Source of the DNA: an uncultured Myxococcales bacterium
GTDB lineage: Bacteria > Myxococcota_A > UBA9042 > GCA-2863065
Reading direction: 5' to 3'
Assembly (NCBI GenBank): GCA_964545715.1
Contig: CAZJHX010000029.1
Coordinates: 6,215-70,214, forward strand
DNA length: 64,000 bases
Below are positions 1 through 7,119 of this stretch, one piece after another; the first letter of the stretch is position 1; each line of letters opens with the position of its first letter. The notes under the pieces are model-generated. The model saw only the letters and a program-made list of their open reading frames with translations. It had not been told where the DNA came from and ran no database searches. Made by a program: the position numbers and the translations under genes.

Positions 1-696
1 GCCGTACTGGTCCTGGCCGCACGTCTCGGTGACGCAGGTGGCCGGAGTCGCCGGGCAGGTGCCGGTCTTGACGGCGGTGGACAGCACTTTGCCGTCGATG
101 CCCAGGCCGTCCAGGTACATGTCGACCGAGCTGCCGTTGGCCGTGAAGCGAGCGTGACCGATGATGGCCAGCGCGCCGTCCGTGCACGACGAGTCCGCGT
201 CGCCGTCGGCTGTGGGGGCGACCAGCAGCGCGCCTGTCGAGGACGCCGCATCCAGCTCAAAGTCGCCCAGGGACTCGGCCGGCCAGTACTCGCCGCATTT
301 GTCGTCGGCTTTGAGCGAGCCCTCGGCCAGCGTCCACGCGCCGTCCTCAGCCTGCAGCACCAGCTGAAGCTGGCAGCCGTCGTCGATCGAGAACGTCGCG
401 GACAGTCGCGTGAGGCAGCCGTCACCGGCCAGATGCTCCGCGACCGCGCTCAGCTGGCGACCGTGATAGATCAAGTCGACCGCGTCGGTCCGGACAGAGC
501 CGGACGGCGTGGCCGAACAATCGAGGACGACCGGATCGTCGACCGGGTCGTCTACGGGATCATCCACGCCCGTGGCGGGCGCATTATCGTCTTTGGGTGC
601 GGTCGGCTCTGTGGAATCGCCCGCTTCGGCGCACCCGCAGATCAGCGCCACCGCAGCCGCTGCTACTACAACTACCTGTCTCAATTTTTTCTCCAA
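1..696 (-). CDS. Cys-rich secreted lipoprotein, 3'-truncated by window edge (about 232 N-terminal codons visible)
   Basis: Minus-strand frame open from window edge up to TTG at 696..694 (second in-frame TTG at 684..682). Translated N-terminus (M/L)EKKLRQVVVVAAAAVALICGC shows a basic n-region, hydrophobic core and Cys: signal peptide with lipobox-like LICGC. At least 8 further Cys downstream (DCSATPS..., DDGCQLQL..., DDKCGEYW..., TCPATPATCVTETCGQDQYG at edge). High GC3. Absent from the ORF track because no stop lies inside the window. Confidence 0.45.
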   Translation of the reverse strand, partial: MEKKLRQVVVVAAAAVALICGCAEAGDSTEPTAPKDDNAPATGVDDPVDDPVDDPVVLDCSATPSGSVRTDAVDLIYHGRQLSAVAEHLAGDGCLTRLSATFSIDDGCQLQLVLQAEDGAWTLAEGSLKADDKCGEYWPAESLGDFELDAASSTGALLVAPTADGDADSSCTDGALAIIGHARFTANGSSVDMYLDGLGIDGKVLSTAVKTGTCPATPATCVTETCGQDQYG

Positions 697-760
697 ACAG
701 TATCCGGGCGAGACCTTAACACACCGCTGTGTACGGCCACGAGCACTATATGGATCGAAA

Positions 761-2128
761 TCAGGCGTGAAGGCCCGTCCGCGTCCAGCTGCCGCTGGTG
801 TACTCACGGTGTCCCAGTGCCGCCTTGAAGATGAACGCGACCGGAAACGCGGCCCACACGCCGGCGACACCGAAGCCCAGCGGATAGCCAAAGACCCAGC
901 TGAGCGGGATCTGCAGCCAGATGGTCGTCATGAAGTTGATGCGCAGCGAGCGCATCGTCGCGCCGGCGCCGCCGAGCATGCCGGCGTACGCGATCCAGAT
1001 TCCGACAGGGGCCATGCCGACGCCGAGAATGCGCACCCAGTCGACCGCGTATGCCTCCAGCGCGGAGCCGGGCGCCACGTCGAAGATGTGCACGATGGGG
1101 TACGCCAGCGCGACGAACACGATAGCCAGCACGGTCATCACCAGCGTGCACAGGCGGCGGGCGGCGCGGACGACACGCCGGGCCTCCTCGACGTCGCCGC
1201 GACCCAGCGCGTTGCCGATCATGGCGCCGGCGCACTGCGAGATGCTCATGCCGGGCACAAACGCCAGCGACTGCACCCGGATGCCGACCCCGTGCGCCGC
1301 GACCGCGACCTCATCGATGCGACCGATAAAGGCCACGATGGAGATGAGCCCGGCGTTCAAGATGACGATGTCCCCGGCCGCAGGCCAGCCCACATCCCAC
1401 AGCTCGCGGATCAGCGGGCGGTCCATCTTGCAGATCCGCAGCGGCACCGTGATCCCGGGCACGGCTCCTCGGCGCAGCAACAAGACCATGAGCACGATCG
1501 AAAAGGCGTAAGAGATCACGGTCCCGTACGCAGCGCCCTGGACTCCCAGCGCCGGAAATCCCCAACCACCCAGGATGAAGCCGTAGTTGAGGACGATGTT
1601 GACCACGTTGGACGCGATAGCCACGGCAAACGGCAGACGCGTGTTCCCCACGCCCCGCAAAACGGCGGCGTAGAGGATGTTCATGTAAAAGAAGATGCTG
1701 CCCGTCAGCAGCGGACGCAGGTAGGCCAACCCCACGACGAGCGGCTCACCCGTCGCGCCCAGCAGCCGCAGCATCCACGGCGCCAACAGGTTGCCGACCG
1801 TTGCGACAAACAGCGCGACCAGCCCCGTGAGCTGCGTGCTCTGCATGAGTACGTGAGTGACCCGCCCCGCTTCACCCGCCCCGTGAGCGCGCGCGACCAG
1901 GGCCACGGTGCCGACGGTCAGTCCGATCATCGCGACCATCAGCAGAAACACGATCTGTGTGGAGAAGCCGAGCGCGGTGAGCGCTACTTCGGAGTCGGGC
2001 AGACGACCGCACATGGCGGTGTCGACGGCAAGTGTGATGACGGCAAGGACATTGAGACCGATGACAGGAGCAGCAAGCTCCCACAATCGCCGGGTGACCG
2101 TCCCCCGGGGGGGTGAGCCCTCGATCAA
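761..2128 (-). CDS. MATE-family multidrug/toxin efflux transporter (NorM/DinF-like), 455 aa
   Basis: 455-aa polytopic membrane protein with about 12 hydrophobic segments, typical MATE length. N-term ...RRLWELAAPVIGLNVL and central GNALGRGDVEEARRVV... resemble MATE signature regions. TTG start at 2128..2126 forms a TTGA overlap with the stop of the upstream spike gene. TGA stop at 761..763. Confidence 0.8.
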   Translation of the reverse strand: MIEGSPPRGTVTRRLWELAAPVIGLNVLAVITLAVDTAMCGRLPDSEVALTALGFSTQIVFLLMVAMIGLTVGTVALVARAHGAGEAGRVTHVLMQSTQLTGLVALFVATVGNLLAPWMLRLLGATGEPLVVGLAYLRPLLTGSIFFYMNILYAAVLRGVGNTRLPFAVAIASNVVNIVLNYGFILGGWGFPALGVQGAAYGTVISYAFSIVLMVLLLRRGAVPGITVPLRICKMDRPLIRELWDVGWPAAGDIVILNAGLISIVAFIGRIDEVAVAAHGVGIRVQSLAFVPGMSISQCAGAMIGNALGRGDVEEARRVVRAARRLCTLVMTVLAIVFVALAYPIVHIFDVAPGSALEAYAVDWVRILGVGMAPVGIWIAYAGMLGGAGATMRSLRINFMTTIWLQIPLSWVFGYPLGFGVAGVWAAFPVAFIFKAALGHREYTSGSWTRTGLHA

Positions 2129-3060
2129 CAGTTCATGTTGATCTTGCTGCCTTCCTCGTTGATCTCAGCATCGGACTTGATGTTCATCGTCGACTTGGCC
2201 TTCTGGTCCCACGTCGACTCGGTCTCCATGGCGATCTCTTTGCCCGCCTGGACGATGAACTGCTCCTCGGCCTTGATGACGATGTTCTTCTTGGCGTGCA
2301 GGACGATGTCCTTCTCCGAGTAGAGGATCATCCGCTGGTCGACACTGTCGAACTTGATGATGAGCTCACCCTTCTTGTCGGAGATCAGGATGTGCTCTTT
2401 GCCGTCCGTCATGTCGATATTGATGACGTGTGTGCCCTTCTCGCCATCGGGCACGTCGACTTTGTGCGTGTCGCCGCAGCCGATACCGCAGGCCTTGGCC
2501 TCGACCACGTCCTTGCACTCACCCAGCGCCGGCTGGTCGTATACGTTGTCGTCGCAGACCAGCGTCTGCATCACGATCTTCTCGGCCTTGTCCTTGCCGT
2601 CGTCCACAAACGCGACCATGTGGCCCGATCGCGAGCGCCAACCGCGCAGGTTGTTCTTCTTGGCTATCTGGACGCCCTTGTCCTCTTTGTTCTGCCAGAA
2701 CGGCTGATCCTTGCCGTTGTAGAGATTGGCGATGATCACCGGCTCGCGGAAGGACCCGAACAGGAAGCACACAAGTACTTCGTCATCCACCTCGGGCAAA
2801 AAGAAGCTGCCGCGCAGCTCGTCGGTCAGGCCGCCCTCGTGGGCTACCGTACCGGCCATCGGAGACGCGATACGACACCAGGTGGACGGCATGTCCTCTT
2901 TGTCCTTCACGTCGACGTACTTCTGGTCGTTCTCCATCATCCAGGGGAACTTGACCTTGACCCGATACCGCTTCTCCGGATCGACATTGTCGATCACGAT
3001 TCCCGGATACATGCCGAAGTACTGGTTTACGGGCCGCGAGGGGGCGAGAAAGGCTTCCAT
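2125..3060 (-). CDS. Phage baseplate / contractile-injection-system central spike protein (gpV / gp5-like: N-terminal OB-fold plus C-terminal triple beta-helix), 311 aa
   Basis: ATG at 3060 preceded by AGGAG (SD) 8-12 nt upstream. N-terminal YPGIVIDNVDPEKRYRVKVKFPW...STWCRIASPMAG...FFLPEVDDEVLVCFLFGSFREPVIIANLYNGKDQP matches the Phage_base_V / gp5 OB-fold consensus (G.V..DP....RV.V.......S.W.R.....AG......P.VGDEV.V.F..G....P...G.L.N). The C-terminal third is K/D/E/I-rich short beta-strand repeats (HVINIDMTDGKEHILISDKKGELIIKFDSV...IVLHAKKNIVIKAEEQFIVQAGKEIAMETES...), typical of gp5-C beta-helix needles. GC3 is high, so the lower overall GC of the gene reflects amino-acid composition rather than foreign origin. 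Confidence 0.7.
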   Translation of the reverse strand: MEAFLAPSRPVNQYFGMYPGIVIDNVDPEKRYRVKVKFPWMMENDQKYVDVKDKEDMPSTWCRIASPMAGTVAHEGGLTDELRGSFFLPEVDDEVLVCFLFGSFREPVIIANLYNGKDQPFWQNKEDKGVQIAKKNNLRGWRSRSGHMVAFVDDGKDKAEKIVMQTLVCDDNVYDQPALGECKDVVEAKACGIGCGDTHKVDVPDGEKGTHVINIDMTDGKEHILISDKKGELIIKFDSVDQRMILYSEKDIVLHAKKNIVIKAEEQFIVQAGKEIAMETESTWDQKAKSTMNIKSDAEINEEGSKINMNC

Positions 3061-3162
3061 TCAGCTACTCCTGAAAACAACGCGAGAGGGGCCACACGAA
3101 CGCGCAGACCTTAGCATATAGGGCGTCATTTGTCCAGCCCTGATCGCGGCCCTGCAACGCGT

Positions 3163-4197
3163 TCAAGGACAGGCGAGGGCCACTGAGAAGCTGGCGGTAA
3201 AGCCCGCTTTAGTGTCGACGACAAGCTGGTAACTGCGACCCTCGACAGCGTCAAAGGTGACCGTTCCATCCTCGGCCGCGGCCACACATTTGGTCGGGTC
3301 GCAGCCGAAATCGGCGTCCAATACAAAGATGGCATCGTCGGCGCCGCCCACCGTCGCGCTGACGGCCCCCGTGACCGGCGACGTAAACAGGAACGCGCGC
3401 TCCGGGCCGGTGTATCCGCTCTGCCCGCAGCCGTAGTCGCTGACCTGCTGCGTCTGCCCCGGCGTGTCCAGCGCCACGAGCAGGTTGTCCCCGCACGAGA
3501 CGGACGCCTGCTCCTTGCACTGCGCGGCTTTGATCTCCAGATCGCCACAGTCCAGCGTCAGGTCGAACGTACCCTTCGCACCCAGATAGCCGTCCACGAT
3601 CAGGTAGGCCACATCACCGCTGGCGACCTCGAACTTGCCGCCCTCGGCCGGTCCCCACAGCAGACACTGGTCCAGGTCGCAGCCGTCCTCGGCCGCCGCC
3701 AGTACATGCAGGTCCAGCGTGTCGCCGCCGGTCTCCAGCAGGACCTTGGCTTTACCCTCGCCAGGCGCCGTGAATACGAACGCGATCTCGGGCCCCGGAT
3801 AGGAGAAGGTGCTGCACTGCGTCTGGTCGACCACCTGCCCCGTCGCCGACGCTTTGGTCCCCAGCGAAAACGACTCGCCGCACTCGATGGGTACGGCCTC
3901 CCCACAGGCGCCCGCCGCAACGGTCTCCAGCACGGGTGGCGGCGGCACATCCTCAAGCGGCGTCAGATCGGGTCCCGAATCGACGAAGACGTCCGGCGGC
4001 TCGACATCCGCGGGCCCGGCGTCCGGCGGCTCAACGTCCGGCGTCGGCGTGTCCTGAGGCTGCGCCGCATCCACGGTGTCGGCGGCGGACTCGGCGTCCT
4101 CCACCTCCATCCCGTCCACGGGCTCGACCACGTCGACCGGATCGGTCTGTTCGGACGTGCACGCCACCAACAGCAGGGCCACGAGCAGGCCCCTCAC
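3163..4197 (-). CDS. Secreted lipoprotein with two tandem Cys-containing beta-sandwich (pre-peptidase C-terminal/PPC-like) domains, 344 aa
   Basis: GTG start at 4197 overlapping moeA stop (GTGA). N-term MRGLLVALLLVACTSEQ is a lipoprotein signal (lipobox LLVAC). An acidic Pro-rich spacer (DVEPPDAGPADVEPPDVF) is followed by two homologous ~95-aa segments (CSTFSYPGPEIAFVFTAPGEGKAKVLLETGGDTLDLHVLAAAEDGCDLDQCLLWGP... and YGCGQSGYTGPERAFLFTSPVTGAVSATVGGADDAIFVLDADFGCDPTKCVAAAEDG...), each ending with LTLDC/VALAC. TGA stop at 3163..3165. Confidence 0.55.
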   Translation of the reverse strand: MRGLLVALLLVACTSEQTDPVDVVEPVDGMEVEDAESAADTVDAAQPQDTPTPDVEPPDAGPADVEPPDVFVDSGPDLTPLEDVPPPPVLETVAAGACGEAVPIECGESFSLGTKASATGQVVDQTQCSTFSYPGPEIAFVFTAPGEGKAKVLLETGGDTLDLHVLAAAEDGCDLDQCLLWGPAEGGKFEVASGDVAYLIVDGYLGAKGTFDLTLDCGDLEIKAAQCKEQASVSCGDNLLVALDTPGQTQQVSDYGCGQSGYTGPERAFLFTSPVTGAVSATVGGADDAIFVLDADFGCDPTKCVAAAEDGTVTFDAVEGRSYQLVVDTKAGFTASFSVALACP

Positions 4198-5399
4198 GTA
4201 CGCAGGGTCTCCTCGTCGATCAGCACATTCAGCGTCTCGCCCTCCTCAAAGCCGGCTCGATTTGGCGGCAGCAGCGCCAGCGCGTTGGCCACCGACTGCC
4301 CCTTCAGATCCCCGCTGCCATGGGTCTTGAGAAGCTGCACGCCCTCCCCCCAGATCACGCGCGCGGGCTGGTACGTCGGTCGCCCGCGCGTGCCGCCAAA
4401 GCCGGCCAGCAGCGGCAGCGGCACCACCGGGTCGTATATGGTGGTCCGTCCGCCGAGCCCACGCAGAAGCGGCGCCAGGAACAGGCGCGCCGTTACCAGG
4501 CTGGACACCGGATTGCCGGGCAGCCCGATCACGTGCACGGCGCCCTTGCGCCCGTACCAGACCGGCTTGCCGGGCTTCATCGCCACCTTGTGAAAGACCT
4601 GCTCCACGCCCTCGGCGATCAGGCACTGCGCCACGTAGTCGTACTCGCCGGCGCTGACCCCGCCGCTCAGCACCAGCACGTCAGCCGTCAGCGCCTGCGC
4701 GATGGCCTGCCGCGTGGCGTCGATGTCGTCACGCACGATCTCGCTGCGCACCACCACGCCGCCCGCGCGCGTGATGACCTGCCCGATCGTGCAGCGGTTG
4801 GAGTCGCGGATCTGCGTTGGCCCCGGCATCTCGTGCAGCTCGACCAGCTCGTCACCCGTCGTCAGCACCGCCACCCGGGGCCGCCGTACAACCGCGGGCT
4901 CGGCGGCGCCAAACGACCAGCACACGCCCAGACGCCCGCTGGTCAGCACCGCGCCCGCCGGGACGGCCACCGCGCCCGCCCGCACGTCCTGCCCTTGCTC
5001 CGCGATGTGCTGCCCTGCCCGGACCGCCTCGGTGATCGTGACCGTCTCGCCGGTGCAGCTGGTCTTCTCCACCATCTGCACCGCGTCCGCCCCGGCCGGA
5101 ACGGGCGCGCCCGTCATGATGCGAATCGCTTCTCCCGCGACCAGGGTGTGGTCCGACATCGCGCCCGCCTGCACCTCGCCCACGATCCGCAGCGTGCAGG
5201 GCGCCTGGTCCGCATCGGCGCTCCGAACCGCAAAGCCGTCCATCGCCGAGCGATTGAATGGTGGCTGGTCCCGGTCCGCGAGTACGTCCTCAGCGAGCAC
5301 GCGCCCTGCGGCCTCGGCCAGCGGGATGCGCTCGGCGGACAGAGCCTTCACGTCGCCGTGAACGGCAGCCAATGCGTCTGTGATGCTTATATGCGCCAT
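4194..5399 (-). CDS. moeA: Molybdopterin molybdenumtransferase MoeA (molybdenum cofactor biosynthesis), 401 aa
   Basis: ATG at 5399, TGA at 4194..4196. Classic MoeA blocks: FNRSAMDGFAV (N-domain), VAVLTTGDELVE, LVLSGGVSAGEYDYV and VIGLPGNPVSSLVT (MoCF/MPT-binding domain). Length typical for the family. Confidence 0.88.
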   Translation of the reverse strand: MAHISITDALAAVHGDVKALSAERIPLAEAAGRVLAEDVLADRDQPPFNRSAMDGFAVRSADADQAPCTLRIVGEVQAGAMSDHTLVAGEAIRIMTGAPVPAGADAVQMVEKTSCTGETVTITEAVRAGQHIAEQGQDVRAGAVAVPAGAVLTSGRLGVCWSFGAAEPAVVRRPRVAVLTTGDELVELHEMPGPTQIRDSNRCTIGQVITRAGGVVVRSEIVRDDIDATRQAIAQALTADVLVLSGGVSAGEYDYVAQCLIAEGVEQVFHKVAMKPGKPVWYGRKGAVHVIGLPGNPVSSLVTARLFLAPLLRGLGGRTTIYDPVVPLPLLAGFGGTRGRPTYQPARVIWGEGVQLLKTHGSGDLKGQSVANALALLPPNRAGFEEGETLNVLIDEETLRT

Positions 5400-5432
5400 A
5401 GCGCGGCATTTTACACGACCAGGCGACCCAAA

Positions 5433-6977
5433 CTACCAGGCGACCTCGAGGTTGGTCCGAATCTTAGCGATGGTCCCCAGGGACGCGCTGCCGTCCGGCG
5501 CCTCAAACGCACCGCCAGGTAGGAAGACGCCGGCCTGCACGCCCACCTTGACCGCCACCGCGCCGCGCACGTCGATCGTGTGGTGAATCGCCGCATCCAG
5601 CTCGGTGCCCAGGAAGCGGGAGTCCGACGCGTCGATGCCCAGATAGTTGAAGTTGTAGCCACCGTTCTGCGCGGCCACCCACGGGTCGGTGAAATCCGCA
5701 TCCGACCACGCGACCAACGCGCCCAGGTCGATACCCAGGCCAAAGTCGGCTTTCCAACGCAACACAGGGTTGACGTAGATCGCATTCGTGACTTTGCCGT
5801 CCGTAGCGACCAGCTCCACGCCCTTGGGCGGCGAGCCCGACACGCTCGGGTCGCGGATGCGATCAACCGAGTTCGCGGAGATGCGCGCAACGACCTCGCG
5901 GAAGAGGATCATCCCCACCTGATAGCCGGGGTCAAAGCTGAAGCTGCGCACGGTGTCGTCATTGCGATCGTTGTCACCGCTCGCGTAGCCGGCCTCCAGC
6001 CGCGCCTCCAGCCCCAGATCCTGCAGCTCCAGCCGGCTGCGAAATACCGCGCCCAGCCCCAGCACGTCCACGCCGTCAGGCGCCTGCTCCAGGGCAACCC
6101 GTGTCGTGTGCGCGCTGATCAGCGCCACCTCAGCGCCCAGCGTCAGCTTGGCGTGAATCGAATCAAACGCGGTCGACCACTTCACGAAGAAGTCGTAGGC
6201 CTGGGCGGTGAGCGTGTCGTCGTCGGCGTCCTCCTGGTCGCGGAAGGCCATGTAGACCCCGGCCGTCAGGTCGTCGGTGCGGTAGTTGATGGAGACGACG
6301 CCCTGCATCGCGAAGTCGCCGTCGATCAGGTTGGCGTTGTCGTCGCGAAACACCACGTCGAAGCCACCGGCCAGGATGAACGCGTCGCCAAAGGCGTTAT
6401 CCAGCGCCTTGAACGGCTTTGTCGCAAACAGCGCCCGCTCCACCAGGTCACCGGTGCGCGGGCTGTCAAAGACGCTGTGGTCCTCGTCGTCGCCGTTGTT
6501 GGCAACAAGCCCGTACCCGTATTGCGAGGTCTGCTGGCCGATGCGGATGAGCCCGATCGGCGACGTCCAGCTCATGTAGAGCGCACGCAGGTCCGTGGCA
6601 TTGGGCTGGGCAAACGCATCCAGGCGGTCGGTTCGCTCCAGCAGATAGTCCTGACCGCCCGCCCCCAGGTCACCGAACAGCTGCCCCGTCAACAAGTCGG
6701 CCTCGGCCTCGATGAAGAAGGTCTTGCCAAACGTGATCCGCGGCTTGATCCGCCACCGCTGCACACCGAGATCGATCACATCGTGCTCGTTGCCCTGGGC
6801 GTCCAGCGCAAAGTTGGTGTTGCGGATGTAGTGCAGCTCATAGCGACCGGGAATGCAGACCGTGACCGTGCAGCCCTTTGAGCGCTCGATGAGCGTCTCC
6901 TTCACGTCCTGCGCGCCGGCGGACGGCGCGACCACGCACGCGACCAGGCACACCGAAAACAGGCTCCAAAAGCGCAC
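5433..6977 (-). CDS. Putative outer-membrane beta-barrel protein of unknown function (Sec signal peptide; C-terminal aromatic residue), 514 aa
   Basis: GTG start at 6977 with SD GGAGGG at 6983..6988 (complement), 5-nt spacer. N-term MRFWSLFSVCLVACVVAPSAGAQD has a signal peptide with AGA-Q cleavage. Alternating amphipathic beta-strand-like stretches with Gly/Asp/Asn-rich turns. Terminal ...RTNLEVAW is an OMP-type C-terminal aromatic signature. TAG stop at 5433..5435. Confidence 0.5.
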   Translation of the reverse strand: MRFWSLFSVCLVACVVAPSAGAQDVKETLIERSKGCTVTVCIPGRYELHYIRNTNFALDAQGNEHDVIDLGVQRWRIKPRITFGKTFFIEAEADLLTGQLFGDLGAGGQDYLLERTDRLDAFAQPNATDLRALYMSWTSPIGLIRIGQQTSQYGYGLVANNGDDEDHSVFDSPRTGDLVERALFATKPFKALDNAFGDAFILAGGFDVVFRDDNANLIDGDFAMQGVVSINYRTDDLTAGVYMAFRDQEDADDDTLTAQAYDFFVKWSTAFDSIHAKLTLGAEVALISAHTTRVALEQAPDGVDVLGLGAVFRSRLELQDLGLEARLEAGYASGDNDRNDDTVRSFSFDPGYQVGMILFREVVARISANSVDRIRDPSVSGSPPKGVELVATDGKVTNAIYVNPVLRWKADFGLGIDLGALVAWSDADFTDPWVAAQNGGYNFNYLGIDASDSRFLGTELDAAIHHTIDVRGAVAVKVGVQAGVFLPGGAFEAPDGSASLGTIAKIRTNLEVAW

Positions 6978-7119
6978 GACGACCCTCCAACCATGGCTAA
7001 TCGGCGCGACCCTACCAAGTACCTGCGATCACCGCAATCCGGCCCCCTTGAAACGGCCCCCTCAGTGTGGTTCAGTACCGTGTTCCTCTATCGTGGGCGG
7101 GGAGATTTAACCAACTCGG
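6978..7119. promoter_or_regulatory. 142-bp divergent intergenic region between the minus-strand OMP gene and the giant plus-strand gene; must hold both promoters
   Basis: Only non-coding stretch adjacent to the giant ORF. SD for the minus gene at 6983..6988. Candidate sigma70-like -35 TTGAAA at 7048..7053 with a weak -10 (TTCAGT 7071..7076, 17-nt spacer). GGGGAG at 7099..7104 is the only purine-rich SD-like element upstream of ATG 7120. No experimental support; motifs are weak. Confidence 0.3.

Noticed and set aside
509-2116. Plus-strand ORFs 154-828, 509-2116 (535 aa) and 921-1511 overlapping the lipoprotein and MATE genes
   Set aside because: They oppose a clear MATE transporter reading frame with high GC3. 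Their products are Arg/His/Asp/Gly-rich without domain features, so they are shadow ORFs.
2125-3060. Lower overall GC of the spike gene as evidence of recent horizontal transfer or prophage island
   Set aside because: Third-codon positions are overwhelmingly G/C, like the neighbours. The GC dip comes from the Lys/Asp/Glu/Ile/Asn-rich beta-helix amino-acid composition. No integrase, att-like repeats or tRNA nearby.
2113-3121. Plus-strand ORFs 2113-3114 and 2726-3121 opposite the spike gene
   Set aside because: The minus-strand product has a coherent gpV/gp5 OB-fold and beta-helix signature and a strong SD. The plus-strand products are Leu/Val/Asp-rich mirror sequences.
3706-5522. Plus-strand ORFs 3706-4593 and 3936-5522 (528 aa) across the PPC-lipoprotein and moeA loci
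   Set aside because: moeA on the minus strand has unmistakable family motifs. The plus-frame products are Arg/Pro-rich low-complexity sequence, typical of GC-skewed shadow frames.
5580-6881. Plus-strand 433-aa ORF inside the OMP gene region
   Set aside because: It is antisense to a gene with signal peptide, good SD and OMP-like C-terminus. It has no start context or motif of its own.
6978-7119. tRNA/sRNA in the only sizeable intergenic regions (6978-7119, 3061-3162, 697-760)
   Set aside because: No cloverleaf-compatible stems or conserved T-loop or anticodon-loop features seen. The regions are short and better explained as promoter/SD regions.
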